Source of the DNA: Antedon mediterranea | Lineage: Eukaryota; Animalia; Echinodermata | Assembly (NCBI RefSeq): GCF_964355755.1 | Contig: NC_092670.1 | Span: 16,292,795-16,356,794, forward strand | DNA length: 64,000 nucleotides | Direction of reading: 5' to 3' | In this document: one piece after another, positions 1-12,000 of the stretch | Layout of the letters: every line of letters begins with the position of its first letter | Position numbering within the stretch: the first letter of the stretch is position 1 | Translations under genes and position numbers: made by a program | The notes under the pieces: generated by a model | What the model was told of the DNA's origin: nothing | What the model saw: only the letters and a program-made list of their open reading frames with translations | The model's database searches: none

Positions 1-3000
1 TTAAAAACAGTCTATCTATTATTCCACCTGTTCTAAACCTGATGAGCATTCTCACATAAGCATGTAGTAAAAGTTTAATCCGTATTGAATGTGTTGAATG
101 TTTATGTTACGTGTGTTCTGTACACTTGATACTGCATATTACTATCACTGATATCAAGGTAGATTGAGGTAATGTCCTGGATACATCGTCGCTTCTTTCA
201 TATCAATGATTCAAATTAATATCAATTTATATTAATAAAATATACAAATTAAAAGGCATGGCAGAAATTCTAAGCCGCCTGGTAATCAGATATAGTATGC
301 TGGAAACTGATTGATGTTTAAACGAAAAGACGAGAAAATCTGTGAGAATAAGAAATAATGTTATAGGCCTATACATTAACATTTGACTTGTCATTTGTTT
401 TAGATGTAGCTTTTTTCAAAATGACTATGATTTGTAGCAGTCGATTTCAATTTTTTAAAAAGAAGTTAAAAACCACCTTTAATTACCTAAGCCTAAAGAA
501 ATCTAATTGAAATATATGATCGTGACAAAACGAAAAGTCATTAGGCCTATAGATGGATGGGTGATCGCTGAGCGAGTTATAATATTATTAGTATGAATGA
601 TAGTTTTTGTTTTGGTTTACCATCTGTTTTTCTTGTCGTTTTTAGTTGATGATTCGTGGGCGCAGCATGTTCGATCATAATCTAGGCCTACGCTCCGAGC
701 ACTATTGTGTATTTTTTGTATATGTACGTACGTCTCTCTAGCAACCTACTTCTAGGCATTAACTTTGTAGCATTTAAACAAGAAAAATGATAAATCAGTT
801 AGCTTTTGAAACTTCATCAATATAAGAGAACAAAACTAAGCAAATTTATTGTAAAATGTTTTGAGAAATCACATAGGTTATTAAAGGCAATTGGAACTGT
901 GATCTTAGCGTTAGCCCCGTGAACAATAACTGACACTCGTAAATTATTTAACTTTTTTTCAGAAAAATTTAAAAAGTGACACTAATAGTTTTATCGAGAA
1001 CAGTTTATGCACTACATAGTAACGAGAATAAAATGATATACTGTAATTAGTTCCTCATTAAATGACAATACATTTTTCTTTTTCAAAGTATCGTATCCGT
1101 TAAACGACCATTTATCAAGTGCGTTAAGCGTGATGATACGTAAAGGTATCACGCGAAGAACACGTATAATGCACTGTCTCATCCGATTGGAATTATGATG
1201 CGGTTTACATTGGTCAGTGATAACATGAAGTTGACGCGCGCGTTTTAAAATACATAAATAATTAGCAGTGTACGCGTGCCCACCTGTCCGTTGTAATTGA
1301 CAGTATGTCAGTGACAACACGTTTGCGCGCGCGTATTCAAATGCATGTATAATTATCAACGTTTGTACGCGTTTATACATGAAGTAATGTTTCTACCAAT
1401 ATAGAACTGAGGCGGTGTGCGTCTTTCCACCGGTCCATCGTTGTTATTTGTCGCTTAACTAATTATGATGCGCCTTATTGTCGGTTCAATTTTACCTCAC
1501 GTCATTTTACTCGGATCCGTAATTCTAACCAACTACCCATTTTAATCAGATCTGAGTTTACAGCATGCGAACAAGATAATGATGGACGCTGGCGCCCTAT
1601 ATTCTTTCAGATCTAGCGATTCAATTTCATTAAATTTATTCGTCTAAATTAATGTTCTCATAATGGTAAAACGAACATTCTACTGAATACTGAAATGCCT
1701 CTTTTCTGCTGACGTACGTCGTCTGAGAAAAATAGCATAGACGGTGTGCAGCGATTCAATTGGAACAACATGATTGGAAATGTTGTATACAAGATGATCC
1801 CATTAAGTAAAATTAAACTTAAATCGCAGTCCCGTATAGGTGTATACAATTATGATTATGACAAAGATAAACAAACTAAAGTGATTGATACACCCTTTGT
1901 GTATTATTTAGATTGGAAGGCCTTTTTCTTCTTTAATTTTCCGTATGGCTTTTCCTCTTCAACAATTACATCATTTTAATTACAGCCTGTCTAAAGTCTA
2001 AAGGTGAGAAAATTGCTCTATACAAAAAGCCATTTAATAAGCTAGTGTATACAAATTAATGTGGTAAATGTCATTAAGTTTGTCATTTTCTAATTAATAA
2101 GCGTTGTATAAGCACGCAGCAGCAATAAAAACGCGGCAAAAAACACACATTTAACGAAATTAAGTCATGATTGCGTTTGTATATTATGGGCAATTTTAGC
2201 ATCATTATCACAGTATACTAAATACTGTTGGCTCGTTCAGACTTACATTCCCGGATAAGTAGGTTTCTCGGGAACAGTTATCCAACATTTTGTGGGAAGA
2301 AACTTACTCGGGTAAATAACTAAGCCAGAATGTGCCATGTAGTTTAAAAATGGGAAACGGTGCATTTTTGTTGTGAATACTATTAGCATTTTGCAAAGCA
2401 CGCTCGTTTGTACACTTTTTGTATTCATAATCAGTGTACCATGTCCCGCATACCTGGCTCAGCCTATAATTATATTGTGCCAGTTCTGCGGTACATTTCA
2501 TTTCGAAACCTGAACTGCACTAACGAGATCTAATAAGATCGAAACAGTACTGTTTGCAGATTGGATATATTATATTTATATATAGGCCTTTTCTTATTCT
2601 ATCAATTATAAAACCAATATATTTGAGTTCGTGGCCTAATTTTCAGAAGAATTTAAGATAATTAAAATTTCTAGCCTTCCGAATGTTTAAAGTCGATTTA
2701 TGTAAACGTTTTAATGTGTCTCGCAGGAAGTTTGTATTTCAATTACAAGAAAGTACTTTGACCTACGTTAAATTGGTAATGTTTTAAATGCAAGTTAACA
2801 TCACTATTAGTACAGTGGTTTGTGATGCACGTTCGTTGCAAAATCCACAACGTCACTTCATGTCGAACCTGTCATGTGGTTTCGGGATCATTAAAATGTT
2901 ATCATGGCATGTTGTGTGGATTTGGATCCAGAACCCCCGAATTGCTAAACAATCATTTTATGTAATGGTGTAATTCAACGTTTATTAATAAATAAGTAAT

Positions 3001-3418
3001 ATATTTGTTAATCAATTTGGTATTTTCATTGTTTTTCTTCAGTGCCTATTGATTCTGGACAAATTATGAATAACCGATATAGATATGGGAGCAATGGAAA
3101 ATGGTGTATTACTGATTTTGAATTTATTTCTTTTTTTTGTCTTGTGTGAGTTCTTCTCACGTTTATTTAAATTCTCATTGATGAATATATTATATACATA
3201 TAAGTACATTTGTGACAATTAAAAGTAAGTGTTTAGAGTAGTTAAAATACCGGTATATTTACATAATAAGATGCCAGAATTCAGTATTAACCATATATTT
3301 TCTCATTTAAAATTTTAGATACGATGTTAATTAAAATGTAGAAATGAAAAATGGCGGTAAAATACATGATTAAAATTTTCTTGTTAAACTACCTTATTTG
3401 AATTTATTTCTGGAGACA

Positions 3419-3554
3419 AAACGCAAGGACGTAACGCAACGTAAGCGTCTTGACCAATGACAAGCGAAAGTTCGAATAATCCAAGCTTGTGATTGGTCAA
3501 CTCGCTTACGTTGCGTTTACGTTCTTGCGTTGCGTTCTAGTGGGAACCAAGCTT
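3419..3554. mobile_element. Palindromic MITE, left end eroded, Harbinger-like right terminus
   Basis: Arms aacgcaaggacgtaacgcaacgtaagcg..ttgaccaatgacaagc and gcttgtgattggtcaa..cgcttacgttgcgtttacgttcttgcgtt. Ends ctagtgggaaccaagct followed by TAA. Confidence 0.6.
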
Positions 3555-5055
3555 AAGTTCCTATGAGGCTGCAACTTACAAGCGAATCGTAAGCTTAAAC
3601 GAGTGTGAAAAGAAATTTGCTAAATGAGGATAAAAGATTAGTTTTAAACGTCAACAAAAGATGTTCTCTCCGAATAGTCACAACAAAAATTAGAATCAAT
3701 TCAAGAAATATAAGGCATGATTACTGTGACATACTTTTTATTTCAGGAGATGATTACTATTTGAGTAACGCGACTTATATTTCAACATATACATATCACA
3801 TCACCATCTACAAGTGATGTATCTTCGATGTATTAATTTTGATTTGGCGATTTTTATAAAATCCATGGATCAAGTTTATTTAGTAGAATTAATAAATCGC
3901 TCGTCAGCGATTTTAAACGACGTACGCGCACAGATTAAAGACCGATTTCTTCAGTTTTTGAAATTAAACCGAGTATGGCGGTCAACCAATCAATGAAGAA
4001 ATGATTATACAATGATATAGTTATCTCATGACAAAAACAACTGTACTCGCAAAGACTTTTTTTAAGACTTCTGTTTTAGCATCAATCTTGTGTATGATGT
4101 TGTTTGCCCAGAGAACAGTCATTAATTACTAATGCTATTGACATTTTTAATGTCAACCGTTAAAAAAAAGAAAAAAATATACCATAAAACAAAAGTTTTT
4201 TTAGTATATCAAAGTATGGCAAGTTGCCTACGTTATGTGATGTTATGCTTAGTTCACATTATGATGTATGGTAAAGTTACCTGAGTCGTCGCGCTTATTA
4301 CTGGTCTCGCGTTTGAGTATACACGTCTTGGAATTTCGTCATGCGTTGCGCCTATACGTCATTGCGTTGCGTTTATGCCATATAGCGTTTCGCATACGTG
4401 TTGCGTTAAAAATAATTCGAATCTTTATTTACGTTAATTTTTTATTCATTAATTAATCACATTGTTTATCGTTGCTTTACCCATGTCTTCTTACTGGTGA
4501 CGAATAGTAATTAATTGAGAAAACAATAACAAAATACAAATGTAGACTACCAATATTACAGGGCATACAGGCAATCATAATGGATTAAATAAGTTTTGCA
4601 ACTTATACATTGATGTAAATGCACACTGTACTTTTTGCACATAAACGAGCACTTAATATTACTAAGGTTTAACATAAATGGAGCACTGTCCTTATCCATA
4701 AGGTTAATACATTGTGTGTATTAACGCGTTGTTGTTGTAAATTATTATTTTCTTATGTTGAATTAAGTGCTTTGATAATCATGAAGTAGAGCTATACAAA
4801 ATATATGTTATTATGATTGTTATTATAATAGGCATGTGTTCTTTCTATAATAATCTTTCCCCTGACCCTGAGTGTTTTTTTATTTTCCAGTTGTAGAAAA
4901 AATACACCGGTGATGGTATTAGCGATAAAGTGAAAGAAGTCGCTAAAAAAAACTTCCTAGGCATATATAATTTCCCTGTTTTGTAGAGAGCATAGTAGAC
5001 CATGGCGTTGAAAATGAAAGATCACTCGACGTTCATCATTACATAAAACCTATAT

Positions 5056-5142
5056 ATAGGTCTTCGTCTATTCCTATATGTAGGTCTAAGCCTATTCCTA
5101 TATGTAGGTCTAAGCCTATTCCTATGTAGGTCTAGGCCTATT
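5056..5142. repeat. Short tandem repeat, ~24-bp unit x3-4
   Basis: Repeated taggtctaagcctattcctatatg. Confidence 0.7.
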
Positions 5143-7169
5143 ATGTAAATAAGTGTCAACAAAATGTTTTCTGACAGCTAGTATTCAAGCCTCGTAAAAA
5201 CGTACGATATTCTTCTAAAAAGGTTGTGAAATTTTAAATCTTGACAACCATGCTTTCAAAAGTCATGTTCTGACATCATGTCAGCAACTATGATGGCTCT
5301 TGACGGGTACTAATTACAGAAGAAAGACAAATTGTTGTGTTTTTTTCTTTCTCATTACACTATATATAGCTATCTGCTAGTTATATGTACATCTTAAAAT
5401 ACAATGTTTACAACACTCGCGCGTTTTGCTCAAAATATAAGTCATAAAAATGTAAAGCTGTTGCAGTATTCATGATAAATCAATTAATTAACTTACGGCA
5501 GACTAAGCATACGGTTGATCTCGATCTAAAATACTAATTTATTGTCTTGATATAGGCCTAAAGGGTAGATTTCTAGACATCGTTAAAAAGATAAAATGAA
5601 TATATGAAGAAAAACATTCAAAGAAGCCGTTGGTTTTAACGGAAGGGGTGGTGATATCCAAAAGAAAGAACAATTTTAGGAGGCGCGCGCACGTTCAAAA
5701 AGTGATATTTAATGGTACGCGCATTACAATGTATAGTGTTTTTCGTTTGAATTAACAAAAGTGACATTGTCTATTACCACAAAAGTAAACAGTTATAGAG
5801 GTAAGGTTAAACCCTCACAATGACATTGGAGTTACAAATGTTACCAAGCACAATTAATAATCAGAAACTGAATAAGATTGTTATGACTTACTTGAACCTT
5901 CTGCTAAACGTTCTTCCACCGTCCCTCTTTAGTACCCAAAATACATATAAAAAAGACAATGAGAAGATTAATCAAATATCTCCGAATCACTGTACGGATT
6001 AAGTATTTTATCAGAATTATTCTTCCATATTAATCTCGCCTTTGCAATGGTTTCTTAACATTCTGATTTCGTCTGAAAGCGTTGCATCAGGCTTAACGTT
6101 TTATATTGTACACTCCCTGTGGACATAAATGGAACATGCTCCGCGCGGATACGTGATTAGCGCGTCACTTATGAATATGTATGAAGTGTAATACATTTCA
6201 CCTATTGGATAAATAAACATAAATATTCATTAGCTAATCTTCGGTGATTGGAGGAATGTTAGTGTTGATCCTCCTTTACTGGTTGCGCATGTATTAGGCT
6301 ACAGTATTATTATTGATTCGTGATTGGAATACTTTTCAAGATCAGTGTTAAACACATCTGAAAGTATATCAAAATTCTATCCAAAGAATGTGTTTAGCGA
6401 AAATCAATGTAAATTCGAAAGAGTTGCTAATTGAGAGAATTTACTGTCAGTAGGTGGCATTTACAGGAATGTGTTATAGTAAACGTAAGCATTTTAAGAA
6501 ACAAAACCACTGAAATCAACCTTATTGACATAAACATGCCATGGGATACCACAATTAGAAACACCAATACATCGGGTACAATAACACACAAGGCTAAAAA
6601 AAACAGCTTGGTTTTTGGAATGTGTGCATAGCATACAACATCTATTTGTTAAAAAAACAATGATGTTTCAGAAAAAACAATAGAACTCTGAAGAAGAGAG
6701 GACGAATGTAAAACCAATATTAAATCGTACGTCACAAAACGGATTGAAAACTAGTTGATTGAGCTTGTTCAAAAGCAATCAACTACTCTGGAAGTGTAGT
6801 TTATAATCTATTACAGTACACAGTATTACTGTAGTACTACTATTGAACTCAACCCCCTCTTCTCTTGCCCCACTACAACCATTACTATAAGTAAGGAAAT
6901 TCAAAATAATTATTTCTAACTGATACGCACGTAAAAACAGATCGGATTATCGATGCCGAAATTGAAACATATAACGACACTTCAGCAATCAATTATGGTC
7001 GTGTTTATAATATCAATAGACTGTATAAGTAAACTGTATAAAACACAATTTATTGTAAAATTACGCTCGCGTACATGCATAAATGTTACGCACCTAATAA
7101 GAGTGATTAAAATAATAACGATTGAGGCTGTCCGTCGTGTCGTGGTCGTCACTAACCCACACCACTCAC

Positions 7170-7194
7170 CTGGCGTGTTCCCGGTAGATGTGGC
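7170..7194 (-). other. Candidate 25-nt microexon of an unidentified gene transcribed divergently from RRP7A
   Basis: Minus strand reads caccttgcatctccag|GCCACATCTACCGGGAACACGCCAG|gtgagt, with a consensus donor and a ~175-nt pyrimidine-rich AG-free zone upstream (7197-7371). Confidence 0.5.
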
Positions 7195-8474
7195 CTGGAG
7201 ATGCAAGGTGTAATCGGGAAGAAAGAATTAAACCAGGTTATAAATATAGATGGTTTAATATAAAAAGGAAAAGGTCGAGAGGAAATTGGTTGTTAAAGGA
7301 AGGAATATTGGAAGGAAGAAGAGGGAAAATCAACATTTGGGGTTTTAAAGGATCAAGTGATATTATAGTAACTTGTATGGTAATTATTATAGGCGCACTC
7401 AGTCACAAAAAAAAATGAAATTAGGCCTAATTACAAACAAATTAATTGCTGCAAATACGTCAGTAACAAAGTTTTTGCCGAAATTATTTCGTGTGTGTCG
7501 TGTAAATGGTTGCAAATAGTGAATTGAAACAAAAACGCGGCAACATTGAGTATTTCAATTATGTAACCACAGCTTGTTTAATGTTTGATAATAAAAATAC
7601 ATTTATATAAATCTCAAGGTAATTTAGCTGTCAAACTGCAATTGAGATATAATCCATCTCTGGACCAAATTGTAAATTGTCTTCAACGATCAAAATATTA
7701 GTTTTTAAGCATAATTGTCCTTTTTTTACTATGTGATGATCTGAGCATCTAATAATGTACATTTATATTTTCCGTTCAAGTATGTGAACATATTCATATA
7801 TTTCGCTACCATGAACACCAGGTGATCGATCCCAGCAGGAATGGGGGTAACACCGGAACAACCCAGGTGCGAAAGGAACATCTTGATATCAGATGCAACC
7901 TATCTCCTGGAGAAACCTTTTAATATTTGACGACAGCAGTGACCTGAAACCCGGGTCGAATTAAAATAACCTAGAAAATACGAATTACTTTACGATCACT
8001 TCATATCACTTTTCTGCATGGGGTCTATGCGACAGCTGGTGCGAGGGGTAAATTTTCAACATTTCCACGGCATAAACACAAGAGTTCACTAAACGCGCTT
8101 CATACTGCTGAGGTCCGTCAATGACACCACCGTGAACTTTCAAATACGTACACGTTAACTTTCTGGGAGTATGTCTCGCTTGACGCACACGTCGCGTGAC
8201 CCAGCCTGCTCTGATACCATGAACGCACGCGTTTTGTCACAACATTTTATATAAACTTTCACTATTTAACCTTTTATTTAAACTTTAATAAATAATATAA
8301 AATGAATGTATAATGTTATTAAAGTTTATTTTTATCTTTTCTAATATAATTATTAGTGAGTTCAGAATAGAATTTAATACCTAAGGCACTTTTCTAAGTC
8401 AATAATAGTGTCAAGAATGTATTGTTTCTTTGAACACCGTGAGTTATCTTGTTTGTTAATGTTTGTATAAGACC

Positions 8475-8503
8475 CATGGAGGTATACATTGTATACCTCC
8501 ATG
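8475..8503. mobile_element. 29-bp palindrome with imperfect 8-bp flanking direct repeat (P-type footprint candidate)
   Basis: ataagacc|CATGGAGGTATACA t TGTATACCTCCATG|ataaggac. Confidence 0.5.
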
Positions 8504-8899
8504 ATAAGGACATTATTAAAGGATATCAATGCATTGTGATTAACAGTAGAAATAATTTTTTTACTGCCATTTTCAGAGCTTGAAAGGTTTAAAGCATATA
8601 ATTGTTTTATCTCTAAACAGCTTTGTGATTGACGTCATCAGTAAAAACGCGGTACTCTAATCACCCCTCAACGTATTAACTGTTACACACCCTTTCCTCC
8701 TTTTTACCTTTCACCATAATGTGACATCTTAGGCCTACTACTACTTTAAAAGTAAGTTGTATACGCCATTTTTTATTTCGTCACATTATAGTCTACTTGA
8801 CCAAATCACCGGGGAGTTTAAGTGTTCAATCAACGGTTGTTTATGTGTGTTTTTCAGAGAAGAGTGAAATTAAAGCGAAAGTAATTTCAATCTTTTCTG

Positions 8900-9012
8900 G
8901 CTTTGTTTCCAATGGGCCTATGTTATCGTACCTGTGATTAACCATTAAAATTAAGTGTGCAGATTTTAGCAATATCCTGGCAACTATCTACCAGAGAATT
9001 CATCATGGCGGA
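8900..9012 (+). promoter_or_regulatory. Probable RRP7A promoter/5' UTR, possibly shared with a divergent transcript
   Basis: Immediately upstream of the ATG at 9005. The start context CATCATGGCGG is a good Kozak and YY1-like ATGGCGG. It lies in the CpG-retaining part of the window. The TSS cannot be determined from sequence. Confidence 0.45.
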
Positions 9013-12000
9013 AGCGTCAACAAAATTGCAAAAAGAATTAAACATTGGTTTTAGTGGTATTGTTTTTTTTTTTTAATATTTATGGTGCTTAAAATGTTAT
9101 ATAGTAGATATTAAAAACATTCATAGGTTACAATTATACATATTTGTATAATAAAACCCATAATTTTCGTTCGTTCCGTCCCAGGCCGTACCACATGTGT
9201 GTGTTTTGTTTGCAAACATGAACGTCGTGGGTCGCGGCCCAATTTTAACGGCGTTGCTGATATATGCAGGCGCACCATGTATATGGTTACATATGCCTAG
9301 CTATGGTTCGATGTGCGAAAACAATCAAATGGAAATCCATACGTTCAGAATTGATATAAGAATTATTAATATTTATTTCTATTTTCCGCCTAGGCCTAGA
9401 CGCTTTTTTAGCCTATATAGGCCTAGGCCTAGCAGTAGTAGTATATAATAATTAAATTAACGCCGTGGTTAGGATTCCGGCACCGGAACTCAACTGCCCA
9501 GCGTTAGGGAATCCGACACGCTATTGCGCATGCCCAGAGCGAGGTAATTGGCGACTCTATACTTATCAACAGCGATGGGTCATTTCATAGCTAGCTGCGC
9601 CACAGCGAAGAACTATAGCCTAGCCTAGATGCCTACTAATACGGGATCCACTAATAGTAAATACTAGGTTAGGCCTACCAGTTAGACGTGACCAGTGGGC
9701 CTATTTATTTTGTAATTAAAAAGGGGTCGCTTCATTCATATTTATAAACTTCATATAATTATGAATTATATAATTACATGACTAGTTTTATGATTTTTCA
9801 AGTACAAAATAAAAGATTTCATATAACGCATTATACTGTACAGTACATAACAAGCAATCACAAGTTGATTTGTCGACGGCAGCCACCGCGTGGATGTGAA
9901 AAAACTGTTCGGGAAGTCGGGGTCGCAACGCTAATTACAGCATTACGATTCTTAGATAGATACTGATTCTTATTAATATCATAATAATTATTTTAACGCG
10001 TGGCGTAGTCGTATTTTAATTATTAATTCATGTATGGCCTAGGCCAAGTTTCATCCATCGCTCGCGCAACGACTAACTAGGCTACAGTAAATCTCGATAA
10101 CAATCCGACTCTCGGTGCTGTGGTGTGTGGCACTATAATTCACTATAATATAAGCTATAATTCACTTCCCAGAGCTCTGGGCATGCGCAATAGCGTGTCG
10201 GATTCCCTAACGGTGGGCAGTTGAGTTCCGGTGCCGGAATCCTAACCACGGCGTTAAATTAATTCTTATCTTCTTAATCTTAGTCTAGCCTAGGACACGG
10301 AGGCATACCTATAGTATATTACTGCTCTAGCCTCCTAGTAGTAGTACTCTTGTATGTAACTTACTACTACTAGACTAGGCTTAAATACTAGTATACTATT
10401 AGTTACCTACCTAGGACCTAGCTAGGCCTAGCCTACTGCTAGTTAAGCCTATTGTACTAGTATATATTTAGTTCTTTTATTTTACAGATAAATTTGTAAT
10501 GCTTTTTTTTAATATTAAGCCTCATAAAAATGTTATTCTAAGCCTACAAAATACAACTGATACAATAGAACCCTATTAAATGGAGACTTTTTATTATTAA
10601 AGGTGTTGGAAGTGTAACACATATTTCTTGTTTGTTTGATGGTTAAGTGTCCCTAGTGGTGTGCACTGAATAGGCTTGTCCCAAAGGAGGGATTTTACTC
10701 TTTTGCTTTTATAATGTTAATTATATTTGCTTTTGATCAATAAATGTAATTATATGTTGGTTTTAAAAGCAAAAGTTGATGTCCCAGAGGAGGGGTTCTG
10801 CTTTATATTTTTCATTGTCATATATTTCTATATTACTTTTACATTAAAATATTTTGATTGTAGAGTTCAACTTGTGAACTCTTCATTTTTACTGTTTGGT
10901 TAAATTATTTTTTTGTTTATTATACCAGTGAGTAAAATAAATGTAGTATCACACTTAACTGTATAATATACTTTAATGCAATGCTTTTAGCAAGAAATTA
11001 TGAACCTATCCTAGCATTATTGATAACCTTGGTCTGTGAATCAAGTCATATCACTTGTACATTACTTTTAATAAAAGTTCAATTTTAAATGGCCCTCATG
11101 CTAATGTTAAGTCCCCTGACAGTATAAAGAATACAAAGTATTAAGAACATAATTACACATAATACTTTAACATTAGAAGCATTCACATTATTATATCAAA
11201 TAGTTTGTGATAATCGTAATTGGCATTGTGTACTCTCTATGTATCTAAAATAAATGTGTGTAAACATAACACATTTGGAAAGGTTTATGAATAAATTTAT
11301 CAAAACTTATCTATCAAATTCTTGTGATACAAACTATATACAGTAGAACCGCTTCCCTTTTTTAAGAGACCACTATTCAGGGAACATCCCTTTTAAGGGA
11401 CACTTTCCCATCAAACTATTACAAGGAGCAGCCAACCCCTATTCAAAATACACCTCTATTAAGGGGGCACTGAAGTGTATAATTTTATACTTAATTTTAA
11501 TATAATTATTTGATTTTGATTTAATGCATTCAAGCTTAAAATTAAATTTGTTATTTAACTTCAAATTATATTTGCCATTCATGGGTGAAAGGTTATGGAA
11601 GAAATAAAACCAATTATTAACATTTTAAATTATAGCCAGAATTTCGTTTCTGGGTTCTTTGTTGAAATTTGTATGCTGGGTTGACCAGGGAGATGTCCTC
11701 GTTCTTCTCCTCCTCTTCCTCCTCCTACTCTTCTCCTCCTTCTCCTCCTCATCCTACTCTTCTCCTCCTCCCCTTCCTCCTCCTACTCTTCTCCTCTTTT
11801 CCTCATCTCACTCTTTTCCTCCCCTTCCTACTCCTACTCTTCTCCTCCTCCTGTTCCTACTCTTCTCCTTCTCCTCCTCTTCCTCATCCTACTCTTTTCC
11901 TCCCCTTCCTACTCCTACTCTTCTCCTCCTCCTCCTGTTCCTACTCTTCTCCTCCTCCCCTTCCTCCTACTCTTCTCCTCTTTTCCTCATCTCACTCTTT

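Noticed and set aside
1012-1380. 122-aa ORF and other short ORFs in 1-9 kb
   Set aside because: No recognisable domain or splice-linked structure; consistent with chance ORFs in CpG-richer non-coding DNA.
2454-2463. 10-nt microexon candidate (tag|GCTGAGCCAG|gtatgc) on the minus strand
   Set aside because: Good donor but no pyrimidine tract upstream; too weak to call.
7800-7925. U11 snRNA-like start (AAAAGG.TTCT...GA.ATCAAGA) on the minus strand
   Set aside because: Spacing is much shorter than U11 and there is no Sm site or 3' stem.
8205-8225. CA-TGGTATCAGAGC on the minus strand resembling an LTR end plus primer-binding site
   Set aside because: Matches the plant rather than animal initiator tRNA 3' end; no paired LTR, gag or pol seen.
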